Source of the DNA: Candidatus Roizmanbacteria bacterium RIFCSPHIGHO2_12_FULL_37_23 | Lineage (GTDB): Bacteria; Patescibacteriota; Microgenomatia; UBA1406; HO2-37-13b | DNA length: 64,000 bases | Reading direction: 5' to 3' | Assembly: GCA_001788095.1 (NCBI GenBank) | Contig: MFZX01000031.1 | Span: 9,736 to 73,735 of the forward strand | Shown: one piece after another, positions 1 through 8,295 of the stretch | How the letters are laid out: each line of letters starts with the position of its first letter | Numbering within the stretch: position 1 is the stretch's first letter | Made by a program: the position numbers and the translations under genes | Notes under the pieces: model-generated | The model's input: the letters and a program-made list of their open reading frames with translations, nothing else | Told to the model about the DNA's origin: nothing | The model's database searches: none

Positions 1-195
1 ATGACGAATGGTTTTACAAATAATCCATTATTCCCAAATTCGCGAACTCGTCGCATGTATTTTTCCTTTCCTGAGTCTGATTGTTAAAGTACACGACAAA
101 ATAGCCAGAAGCTTTCTCTGGTATTTCGTCAAAGGCCTATATTATACTCCAGAATCGAAAATCGTTCAAATATTATCGGCCTAAAATACAAGGCC

Positions 196-234
196 AAACA
201 ACCTTAGAGGTTGTTTAGCTTCGCAACCTTGGGT
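196..234 (-). repeat. CAACCT-hairpin repeat family (R1), variant a, reverse orientation
   Basis: aaacaaccttagaggttgttt-agcttcg-caaccttggg; reverse complement matches 28203-28250. Confidence 0.55.
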
Positions 235-750
235 AGTTTACGATTTTTTAACCTCTAGATCAAAAATAAAAAACTAAGAAAATAAAAGTCGAGAATGAGA
301 TCTCGTGTATACTATTATTATGAACATTCCCGTCTACATAGCTGTATCTGTCGTTATTATCATGGTGTGGCACTTCATGTTTAACACAAACCCAAAAGAC
401 TTTGGTATTATGCAAATGGCTGGAGTATTTGTTCTTGGCGGGGCAATCGGTTGGTTTATGAATTCACTCGAAGCAGGACTTTTAATGTCTATTATTTTAT
501 CGCTGATCTTTATTTAGAATCTATGAATAAAGGTTTCTCGTTTGTTCGCATTATAATAATCTGTTTTCTCTCTGCACTCTCATTTATAGTGGGCTTTTGG
601 ATTACACAAATGATAATACAAACTCAATCTCCGCTTCCTACACGAATAAGACCTACGCTTTATCCAACACATGCTCCATTAAATAATCTTCAATAAACCA
701 AAGTCAACTTAATAGATTCTTAATATTTTTTTAGTATAGTACCCCTGCGT

Positions 751-818
751 GGGCCTACTTGGGTAAGGCACCTGGTCCATCAAACCTGGATGCGAGGGTT
801 CAACTCCCTCTAGGTCCA
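751..818 (+). other. tRNA-like element: intact acceptor pairing (gggccta/taggtcc) and T-arm (gaggg-ttcaact-ccctc), but no foldable anticodon arm and too short (68 nt); possible degenerate tRNA or small ncRNA
   Basis: Manual folding. The T-loop TTCAACT is identical to that of the tRNA-Met at 53572. It is followed on the + strand by the intrinsic terminator at 905-929. Confidence 0.3.
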
Positions 819-904
819 CGTGAATATTGACACGTTCCTATCTATTTGATATAGTAGCAATGATGGACTGGGTGTAACCTTACCTAGGTGCATTTAGGTC
901 AAAG

Positions 905-929
905 AATCCGCCTTGTGCGGATTTTTTGT
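905..929 (+). terminator. Rho-independent terminator hairpin aatccgc-cttgt-gcggatt followed by TTTTTT; usable in both directions, also lies downstream of the ppsA stop
   Basis: 7-bp GC-containing stem, 5-nt loop, T-run read directly from sequence. Confidence 0.6.
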
Positions 930-932
930 TTC

Positions 933-3224
933 TTATGTAAGTTTCTTCTCCAGTTCATACACCATCTCTCGAGTCCTATCTACGACATCCGGGGTAACTG
1001 AAAGGCTGGTAATGCCCCACTCCACAAGTTTTTCTGCAAGTTCTGGATAATCAGATGGGGCTTGGCCACAGATTGAAACAGTTATTCCATGTTTTTTCCC
1101 AGCCTCAATAACTCTTTTTAAAGCCCACATAACCACAGACCTTCTTTCATCATAAATATATGCAATTTCCTGGTTATCCCGATCTACACCAAGTAATAAC
1201 ATGGTTAAATCATTTGTTCCTATGGAAATTCCATCAATGCCCTCTTTGATAAACTCTTCTACCATGATTGCAGATGAAGGAACTTCAACCATCATCCAGA
1301 GCTTAAAATTCTTATCTCTATCAAGGCCATGTTCCTTGATCACCTCTTTGATCTGCCGGATCTCTTCAGGAATACGAACAAATGGAATCATAAGCCACAC
1401 ATTTGTATGTCCTGCTTTCCGGACTTTCTTAAGCGCCTCCAACTCCATAGAAAAAACTTCTGTATCGCGGATGTATCGCGAAGCTCCTCTATAACCGATC
1501 ATTGGATTTTCCTCATGAAACTCATACTTCTCCCCACCTTTCAAGTGACGATATTCATTCGTCCTAAAATCAGTTGCACGGTACACAATAGGCCTTTTCC
1601 CAAATGGTTTAGCAAACATCGTGATTTTTTTTGCTAAAGCATTAATATATTCTTTTTGTTTCCCTTGCTCTATGGCAAGCCGTGGATGAATATTTATATG
1701 AGCAACAATAAACTCTGCTCGTAAAAGCCCGATTCCGTCAACATTCATTCGTGCTACTCTATCTGCTGATTCTGGTTGTGCCAGATTGGTATAAATTTTT
1801 GTTTTTGTCTTAAGTTTTGCACCACGCGAGGCTACTTGTTCGAGTGTGGCACGTTGTTTTTGAGTATAAGGAATTCCTTTAAAAACTTCACCGCGAGAAC
1901 CATTCACTGTAATCATTTTTTCTTTTTTTAATAATGACGTTGCTTGTGCAGCTCCAACTACAGCCGGTATGCCTAACTCGCGGGAAACAATTGCCGCATG
2001 CGAAGTTCTTCCGCCCATTTCAGTCACTATGGCAGCTGCTTTTTTCATAGCAGGAACGTAATCAGGGCTTGTATATGCTGCAACTAAAATATCTCCAGGT
2101 TTGACTTTATAATTCTCTTTCGGAGATTTAAGAACCTTAGGAACTCCTGTAGCAACCCCAGGGGAAGCAGGATCGCAAGAAATAAGCAAGTCTTCTTTTG
2201 ATCCCTCAAGTTTGAGAGCTGGATGTTCGATATTCAACTTACCATTACCTACCCCTTGACCGATGGTCGTTATCGGGCGTGACTGCACGATAAAAACCTC
2301 ACCATTTTCTATAGCCCACTCTACATCCTGAGGTTTTTTATAATGCTTTTCAATATTTTTTACAAGCTTTGCAATCTGAAGAATTTCTTTGTCTGTAAGC
2401 TTTTGCTTATTTCCAATTTTTAATAATTTTACTTCAACATTTCTTGTACCTTTTTTTATCAACGCTTTATTCTGATATCTAATCTCTTTTTTCTTAATCG
2501 TTACATTATGCTTATCAACTTCATAATGATCTGGTGTAACTTGCCCACCAACAATATATTCACCGAGTCCAAAAATAGCCTCAATTGTTATGGTTGAATC
2601 ATCGTTGGTTACTGGATCACTACTAAAAGCAACGCCGGACTTTTCTGACTGGACCATAAGCTGAATAACTGCAGCAAGACCAACTTTGTGATGGTCAAAT
2701 CCCTGCTCTGCTCGGTAATAAATAGCACGATTGGTAAATAAGGATGCCCAACATTTTTTCACTGCATCAATAAGATCCTTTTTTCCTTGCACATTAAGAT
2801 ATGTTTCCTGCTGTCCAGCAAAAGATGCCGATGGGAGATCCTCCGCTGTTGCCGATGACCTTACAGCAACAAAAGGAATATGTCCGTTTGCATACTTTTT
2901 TGAAAAAATTTCGTAATGTTTACCGATTGCCTTTTTTAGCTCTTCTGGAATAGGCTGTTTTTTAATAAGATCGCGAAGTTTTTCTCCTGCTGTCTCTAAC
3001 TGTTTAGAGTTTTCATGATCAAGACCTTTAAGAATTTCATGTATTTTCTCTTGCAGATGTTGTTTTTCAAGAAAATAAAAATACGCATCCGCAGTTACTA
3101 TAAAACCATCTGGGACAGGAAGCTTCGCATTTAACATTTCGCCTAAATTCGCTCCTTTCCCCCCAACCCTCTCAACATCATCTTTGCCCACCTCTTTATA
3201 CCAAAGTATGTGTTTATTACTCAT
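933..3224 (-). CDS. ppsA: phosphoenolpyruvate synthase (pyruvate, water dikinase)
   Basis: 763 aa; N-terminal ATP-grasp region (VGGKGANLGEM), central phosphohistidine domain (GGRTSHAAIVSRELGIP), C-terminal PEP-utilising domain. Confidence 0.85.
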   Translation of the reverse strand: MSNKHILWYKEVGKDDVERVGGKGANLGEMLNAKLPVPDGFIVTADAYFYFLEKQHLQEKIHEILKGLDHENSKQLETAGEKLRDLIKKQPIPEELKKAIGKHYEIFSKKYANGHIPFVAVRSSATAEDLPSASFAGQQETYLNVQGKKDLIDAVKKCWASLFTNRAIYYRAEQGFDHHKVGLAAVIQLMVQSEKSGVAFSSDPVTNDDSTITIEAIFGLGEYIVGGQVTPDHYEVDKHNVTIKKKEIRYQNKALIKKGTRNVEVKLLKIGNKQKLTDKEILQIAKLVKNIEKHYKKPQDVEWAIENGEVFIVQSRPITTIGQGVGNGKLNIEHPALKLEGSKEDLLISCDPASPGVATGVPKVLKSPKENYKVKPGDILVAAYTSPDYVPAMKKAAAIVTEMGGRTSHAAIVSRELGIPAVVGAAQATSLLKKEKMITVNGSRGEVFKGIPYTQKQRATLEQVASRGAKLKTKTKIYTNLAQPESADRVARMNVDGIGLLRAEFIVAHINIHPRLAIEQGKQKEYINALAKKITMFAKPFGKRPIVYRATDFRTNEYRHLKGGEKYEFHEENPMIGYRGASRYIRDTEVFSMELEALKKVRKAGHTNVWLMIPFVRIPEEIRQIKEVIKEHGLDRDKNFKLWMMVEVPSSAIMVEEFIKEGIDGISIGTNDLTMLLLGVDRDNQEIAYIYDERRSVVMWALKRVIEAGKKHGITVSICGQAPSDYPELAEKLVEWGITSLSVTPDVVDRTREMVYELEKKLT

Positions 3225-3249
3225 AGAGAATTCAAATTTATAACATATA

Positions 3250-3396
3250 CCTCGTCATCCCGAACTTGCCCGCCTTGCCACGAGGCACGATTCGGAACCT
3301 CGGCTTTTGTCATGCTGAACCCATCGGGTCTGAGACCCTCGGGGTCGAAGACTTGATTCAGCATCTCGGGATCCTGAAATAAATTCAGGATGACAG
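3250..3396. mobile_element. MITE-like element (about 150 bp) with terminal inverted repeats cgTCATCCcGAA / TTCaGGATGAcag; GC-richer than flanks; internal nested hairpins; right end overlaps the stop codon of the aminotransferase gene
   Basis: TIRs and internal stems (atgctgaa...ttcagcat, gaccc-atc-gggtc, gaccctc-ggggtc, tcctgaa-ataaa-ttcagga) read directly. A related copy lies at 26502-26580. Confidence 0.45.
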
Positions 3397-4596
3397 CAAA
3401 ACGTACTCCTTTAATGCTTTTGACAATATTTCTACAGACCTTTCCAAAGCCCCAACATTCAACACATATGCAATACGCACTTCGTCTTTCCCTAATCCTT
3501 TGGTTGCATAAAACCCAGTAGCTGGTGCTACCATAACTGTTTCCTTATGCTCATGAAAATCTGTAAGCAACCACTTTGCAAAATGTGAAGCATTCTTAAC
3601 AGGTAATTTCACAATAACATAAAACGCACCTTCCGGTTGCGAACACACTACCCCTGGTATTTTGCGTAATCCATTTACTAAAACTGTACGGCGTTTATCA
3701 TACTCCTCGATAACACCCTTAAAATATGAGTCATCAACTCTATCTAGTTGGGCGGCAACATGCTGATCGATAAAACCAGCAGATAGTCGTGCCTGTGCAA
3801 ATCGGAGAAATATCTGCATAAGCTTTTTATTTTGAGAAAGAAGTACGCCAAGACGGGCTCCACACAAACTATATCGTTTGGATAAACTATCAACAAGAAT
3901 TACTCCTTCAGGATATTTTTCTAAATAATTAAGTACTGAATAGGGTTTTGTTCCATTGTAAACAAATTCCCTATAAACTTCATCAGAAATAACATATAAG
4001 CCGTGTTTTATTGCAATCTGCATGAGCATATCAACTTCATCTTGCGCAAAAACAGTACCTGTGGGATTTGAGGGATTACAAAGAAGAATAGCTTTGGTTT
4101 TTTTTGTTATTGTTCTTTCGATAATGCTTTTACGTGGTACGTGAAAATTATCTTCGATTCTGGTTCTTATAGGTACAAGGCGTGCTCTCGACCGCATAAT
4201 ATAACTTATGTAGTTGGTATAAAATGGTTCAAAGGTAATAACTTCATCTCCAGGTTCGCATGTTGCAATAAGCGACCATAAAATCCCCTCAGATCCTCCC
4301 ATGGTAATTTGCAGATTGTCTATACCTATGTTTCCGAATCCCAACTTTTTGTAATACTTGAGGAGACTTTGTAGCAACACTCTTTCACCTTGAGAATTTG
4401 CATAGGGAACCGATTTATAAGACCAAGACCGTAAAGCATCAAGCATAACGTCAGGCGTCTCAATGTCAGGTTCACCAATATTTAAATGGTATATTTTCAC
4501 TCCATTAAGCTTTGCCTTTTCAGCAAAAGGAACTAGTTCACGAATAGGTGAAGCAGGAATATGATCCGTGATCCAGGAAAGTTTTTTCATCTCCAT
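3385..4596 (-). CDS. PLP-dependent aminotransferase, class I/II (aspartate/aromatic aminotransferase-like)
   Basis: 403 aa; NPSNPTG motif and SLSKRYSLCGARLG (PLP lysine region) typical of fold-type I aminotransferases. Confidence 0.7.
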   Translation of the reverse strand: MEMKKLSWITDHIPASPIRELVPFAEKAKLNGVKIYHLNIGEPDIETPDVMLDALRSWSYKSVPYANSQGERVLLQSLLKYYKKLGFGNIGIDNLQITMGGSEGILWSLIATCEPGDEVITFEPFYTNYISYIMRSRARLVPIRTRIEDNFHVPRKSIIERTITKKTKAILLCNPSNPTGTVFAQDEVDMLMQIAIKHGLYVISDEVYREFVYNGTKPYSVLNYLEKYPEGVILVDSLSKRYSLCGARLGVLLSQNKKLMQIFLRFAQARLSAGFIDQHVAAQLDRVDDSYFKGVIEEYDKRRTVLVNGLRKIPGVVCSQPEGAFYVIVKLPVKNASHFAKWLLTDFHEHKETVMVAPATGFYATKGLGKDEVRIAYVLNVGALERSVEILSKALKEYVLLSS

Positions 4597-4690
4597 TTAG
4601 CTTAGAAGACCAACTCATTGATTTCTTGACATATTTTAGACAAGTTTAATACAGGTTGGACCTTCGTTGGGAAATTGTTACAATACATAA

Positions 4691-5749
4691 ATGCAAAAAA
4701 ATACATTCTTAATTCTTGCAGTAGGAATATTTCTGGCAAGTATCGTTTCAGTGGTATTTTCTTCACTAAAAAATTCAGGTGTTGTCTCGCCGATTATTTC
4801 AAAACTTTCAGATTCGTCACAAAAGCTTAATCTTTCTCCAACTCCCTTCCCTTTTCAAGAAATGACTATCCCCTATTTAAGAAATAAAACTTATTCGAGC
4901 TCTTTATATGAGTTAGATCGTATTAATGAGACACAAAATTTTACGAGTTACATAACAAGTTATGATTCAGATGGACTTAAAATAAACGGGCTTCTTACCA
5001 TCCCAAAAGGAGAAAAGCCTTCATCGGGCTGGCCAGCAATCATATTTATTCATGGATATATTCCGCCGACTTTATATCGGACACAACAGAATTATGCTTC
5101 ACATGTTACTTACTTAGCTCGCAATGGATTTGTAGTATTTAAAATTGATTTACGTGGACATGATGAGTCAGAAGGAGAACCCGGAGGCGCGTATTATTCA
5201 GCAGACTATATCATAGACGTACTCAATGCAAGGGCAGCGCTTCAAAAGAGTGATTTTGTTAATCCGGATAAGATAGGACTTTGGGGCCATAGTATGGCAG
5301 GAAATGTTGTTTTACGAAGTCTTGCTTCCCAACCAGAAATACCAGCAGTGGTGATATGGGCAGGTGCGGTATATTCATATGAGGACTTCCAAAAGTATCG
5401 ACTCAATGATAATAGTTATCGTCCCCCAAGCACAAGCACACAAAGACAACGGAGACGGCAACAACTTTTTGATACGTATGGTGAATTTAATGTACAAAAT
5501 GACTTTTGGAAACAAGTTGCTGCAACAAATTACTTATCAGATATTAAAGGGGCTATTCAACTTCATCATGCAATAAACGATACTGTTGTTAATATTGGAT
5601 ACAGCAAAGATCTTAATAATATTCTTGACCAGACTTCAATTCCGCATGAATTATATGAATACTCAACAGGCGGGCACAACCTTACTGGAAATTCTTTTAA
5701 TCAAGCAATGCAAAGGACGATTGAGTTTTTTCAAAAATATCTGGAGTGA
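4691..5749 (+). CDS. secreted/membrane-anchored alpha/beta hydrolase (dienelactone hydrolase / S9 peptidase-like)
   Basis: N-terminal TM/signal, GHSMAG nucleophile elbow (G-x-S-x-G), downstream acidic and His residues. Confidence 0.55.
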   Translation: MQKNTFLILAVGIFLASIVSVVFSSLKNSGVVSPIISKLSDSSQKLNLSPTPFPFQEMTIPYLRNKTYSSSLYELDRINETQNFTSYITSYDSDGLKINGLLTIPKGEKPSSGWPAIIFIHGYIPPTLYRTQQNYASHVTYLARNGFVVFKIDLRGHDESEGEPGGAYYSADYIIDVLNARAALQKSDFVNPDKIGLWGHSMAGNVVLRSLASQPEIPAVVIWAGAVYSYEDFQKYRLNDNSYRPPSTSTQRQRRRQQLFDTYGEFNVQNDFWKQVAATNYLSDIKGAIQLHHAINDTVVNIGYSKDLNNILDQTSIPHELYEYSTGGHNLTGNSFNQAMQRTIEFFQKYLE

Positions 5750-5758
5750 GAGTACGAT

Positions 5759-6706
5759 TTAAGTAAAATGTTCTTTCTGCGCAGCACCATATGCAAGCGC
5801 ACCTACTGCAAGAGCACTCATAAGAGCTGTATTAATTAATAATGCAATAAGAGGTCCTGATCTCGATGCTTTTTCCCTCAAGCTTGCTTGAATTGCATCA
5901 ATTTGTATATCCAATTCCGATTTTCTGACCTGAAATCGAGCAAGATCTATTTTATCTTGATCGGTTTTCTCTAGGTCGGATTTTCTTCGAATCGCTTTTA
6001 TACCCTCAACAATGTCGACTCTTTCTTGAGTAAGTTGTCTTAATCTATTTATTTCAGCAAGAACCGACGCTCTCTCAGCTTCCCTCGTATCTCGCGCCTC
6101 CTCATTAAACCTTTTTTGGAATTCCTTTTTTTGCTTCTCTCTGGCTTCTAGCCATCTTTTATGTTCTTCGAATTTAATAGCCTTTGGCTCAGGATGTTCT
6201 CGGTCCCACTGTGTCATGGAGACCTCTGTTCGTGCATCGGCAATATATTCCGTTTCGACATTCCATTGATCCTCGCACCATTGTCTGTATGCTTCTGGAT
6301 TTGTATTCGGATCTGGTTGTGGATGTTCGCGATTCCATTTTTGCAAGCTTGATTCTGTTATTGCATGTACGGCGCCTTCCTGTTCTGCGGTAAAGGCATT
6401 AACAACATCAGGCGCAGTTTCTACGGGTCCTCCTAAACTATCAGGAAATTCTGTTAATGCTCTAATTGCATGCTCTCCAGCTAAGAGATCTACAGAAGCT
6501 TCTGCACCTCGTGCAAGATCCATTACTTCTTGAGCTGCGAATGGTGATGCTTCTTTTGCAAGACCTGCTGTCTCTGTGGCAGCTGCTGCTACTCCAGCTC
6601 CTTCAGTAACCACTGCAGTTGTTTCAGCGACTACTGGTGCAGCAGCCCCAACTGATCCTGCTGCTTCTGCTACTGCCAATAATGTGTCAGTAATCGGCTC
6701 AACCAT
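5759..6706 (-). CDS. hypothetical tail-anchored protein: Ala-rich N-terminus, internal QW(N/D)REHP(Q/E)P repeats, coiled-coil, C-terminal TM
   Basis: ORF translation; moderately GC-rich compared with neighbours. Confidence 0.4.
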   Translation of the reverse strand: MVEPITDTLLAVAEAAGSVGAAAPVVAETTAVVTEGAGVAAAATETAGLAKEASPFAAQEVMDLARGAEASVDLLAGEHAIRALTEFPDSLGGPVETAPDVVNAFTAEQEGAVHAITESSLQKWNREHPQPDPNTNPEAYRQWCEDQWNVETEYIADARTEVSMTQWDREHPEPKAIKFEEHKRWLEAREKQKKEFQKRFNEEARDTREAERASVLAEINRLRQLTQERVDIVEGIKAIRRKSDLEKTDQDKIDLARFQVRKSELDIQIDAIQASLREKASRSGPLIALLINTALMSALAVGALAYGAAQKEHFT

Positions 6707-6714
6707 GAGTAAAT

Positions 6715-7008
6715 TTATTCGTTATTATGAATGTATAATCGTAATTTATCCAAAATTTCGTCTGTTTTTTCTTCATCAATATAGGTAAGCAACATGGGAT
6801 ATATTTTTTCCAATTGCGGAAACTTATCAATATACTTTTTTATTTTTTCATGCATGTCATCGTCGGAGGTAAAAGGTAAAAGCGTTAAAAATTCTTTTCC
6901 CGCTTGCTTAGAAATCGGTAAAGTGATAGTTCCTTTTTTAAGTGCTTCTGCAACTGTTTTAAGAAAATCTATTTCTATACGTTTTGTCAAAACAGAAAGC
7001 TTATCCAT
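6715..7008 (-). CDS. hypothetical small protein
   Basis: 97-aa ORF in operon-like position downstream of 5759-6706. Confidence 0.3.
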   Translation of the reverse strand: MDKLSVLTKRIEIDFLKTVAEALKKGTITLPISKQAGKEFLTLLPFTSDDDMHEKIKKYIDKFPQLEKIYPMLLTYIDEEKTDEILDKLRLYIHNNE

Positions 7009-7040
7009 ACAATGATTATCATTTATCCTTCTTATAGTTT

Positions 7041-7075
7041 CAACCTCTAAGATTGTTTAGGTTCACAACCTTGGG
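7041..7075 (-). repeat. R1 repeat, variant a, reverse orientation
   Basis: caacctctaagattgtttaggttcacaaccttggg. Confidence 0.55.
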
Positions 7076-7128
7076 TATTTTAATTTAATTTTTTAATTTT
7101 TGTACCTAAAATATGTAGGAGATGTTGG

Positions 7129-7180
7129 GCCTCACTTCAACCTTCGATGTTGGTTTGTACTCCAACCTCTGTACTTGGGG
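7129..7180 (+). repeat. R1 repeat, variant b (aaccaaccttcgatgttggtttgtactccaacct)
   Basis: 34-nt core identical to copies at 28098, 39262 and near-identical at 46255. Confidence 0.6.
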
Positions 7181-7201
7181 CATTAACTTCCTATTACATG
7201 C

Positions 7202-7207
7202 TATAAT
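7202..7207 (+). promoter_or_regulatory. -10 box TATAAT 8 nt upstream of the ychF start codon (leaderless or near-leaderless transcript)
   Basis: Sequence ctataatttctcactATG. Confidence 0.35.
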
Positions 7208-7215
7208 TTCTCACT

Positions 7216-8295
7216 ATGCTTACTGCTGGGATCGTTGGTCTTCCTAACGTTGGGAAGTCCACGCTTTTTAACGCACTTTTGAAAAAGCAAGTGGCTGATG
7301 CTGCCAATTATCCTTTTTGTACCATCGACCCAAATATTGGTGTTGTAGAAGTGCCTGATGAACGGCTTCCAAAACTTGCAAAGATTGTTGAAACTGAAAA
7401 AATAGTACCGTCTGCTGTTGAGTTTTGTGATATCGCAGGACTTGTCCGCGGGGCTTCCAAAGGCGAAGGACTTGGTAATCAATTTCTGAGCCATATACGT
7501 GAAGTCGATGCGATTATTCATGTAGTAAGACTCTTCGAAGATGAAAATGTAACACATGTTTCTCAAAAATTAGATCCGAAAGATGATATTGAAACAATTG
7601 AAACAGAACTTATTCTCAAAGATCTCGAAACACTTTCACGTCAAGAGAAACCTAATAAAAAATTATCAAAAGAAGATGATATCTATTATGATGCTGTTGA
7701 AATCCTCAAAGAAAAACTGAACAAAAATATTGCAGCAAAAGAGGTGCAGCTTTCCGACATACAAAAAGAGTCTGTGAAAAAACTTAATTTGCTTACCATT
7801 AAACCCGTTCTGTATGTACTTAATCTCTCTGAGAAACAACTGATTAATTTACCTGAGATTAAAAAACTTATTTCAACTCATTTCAACGAATTTCAACCGA
7901 TTCTCACTCTCTGTGCCAAACTCGAATCAGATATTGTTGTCCTCTCCCCTGATGAGCAAAAAGAATATTTACAGCAATACAACCTTGAAGAACCTGGTCT
8001 TAATAGACTTATCAATGCAGCATATGACCTTCTTGGTCTTATTTCATTCTTAACAGCGGGGAAAAAAGAAGTTCGTGCATGGCCGATCAAGAAAGGGACC
8101 ACTGCTCAAAATGCAGCTGGTGTAATTCATACAGATTTTATACAGCATTTTATAAAAGCAGAGATAGTTCCCTATCAGCAGTTTGTTGAAGTTGGCGGCT
8201 GGATCCATGCACGCGAAAAAGGTCTGGCAAAAATGTGTGGACGAGACTACGAAATGCAGGATGGAGATGTTGTAGATTTTAAGGTTGGTGTGTAG
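7216..8295 (+). CDS. ychF: ribosome-binding ATPase YchF (Obg-family GTPase)
   Basis: GIVGLPNVGKSTLFNAL P-loop, NYPFCTIDPNIGVV, C-terminal TGS domain; 359 aa. Confidence 0.85.
   Translation: MLTAGIVGLPNVGKSTLFNALLKKQVADAANYPFCTIDPNIGVVEVPDERLPKLAKIVETEKIVPSAVEFCDIAGLVRGASKGEGLGNQFLSHIREVDAIIHVVRLFEDENVTHVSQKLDPKDDIETIETELILKDLETLSRQEKPNKKLSKEDDIYYDAVEILKEKLNKNIAAKEVQLSDIQKESVKKLNLLTIKPVLYVLNLSEKQLINLPEIKKLISTHFNEFQPILTLCAKLESDIVVLSPDEQKEYLQQYNLEEPGLNRLINAAYDLLGLISFLTAGKKEVRAWPIKKGTTAQNAAGVIHTDFIQHFIKAEIVPYQQFVEVGGWIHAREKGLAKMCGRDYEMQDGDVVDFKVGV

Noticed and set aside
751-818. Canonical tRNA call for the T-arm plus acceptor element
   Set aside because: Only 68 nt. The 36-nt central region cannot form both D and anticodon arms in any register tried. 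Kept only as a tRNA-like element.
1201-3000. Short + strand ORFs antisense to ppsA (1201-1494, 1329-1637, 2731-2916) and similar antisense ORFs inside other long genes
   Set aside because: They are fully embedded in well-supported conserved CDSs on the opposite strand, with low-complexity translations.
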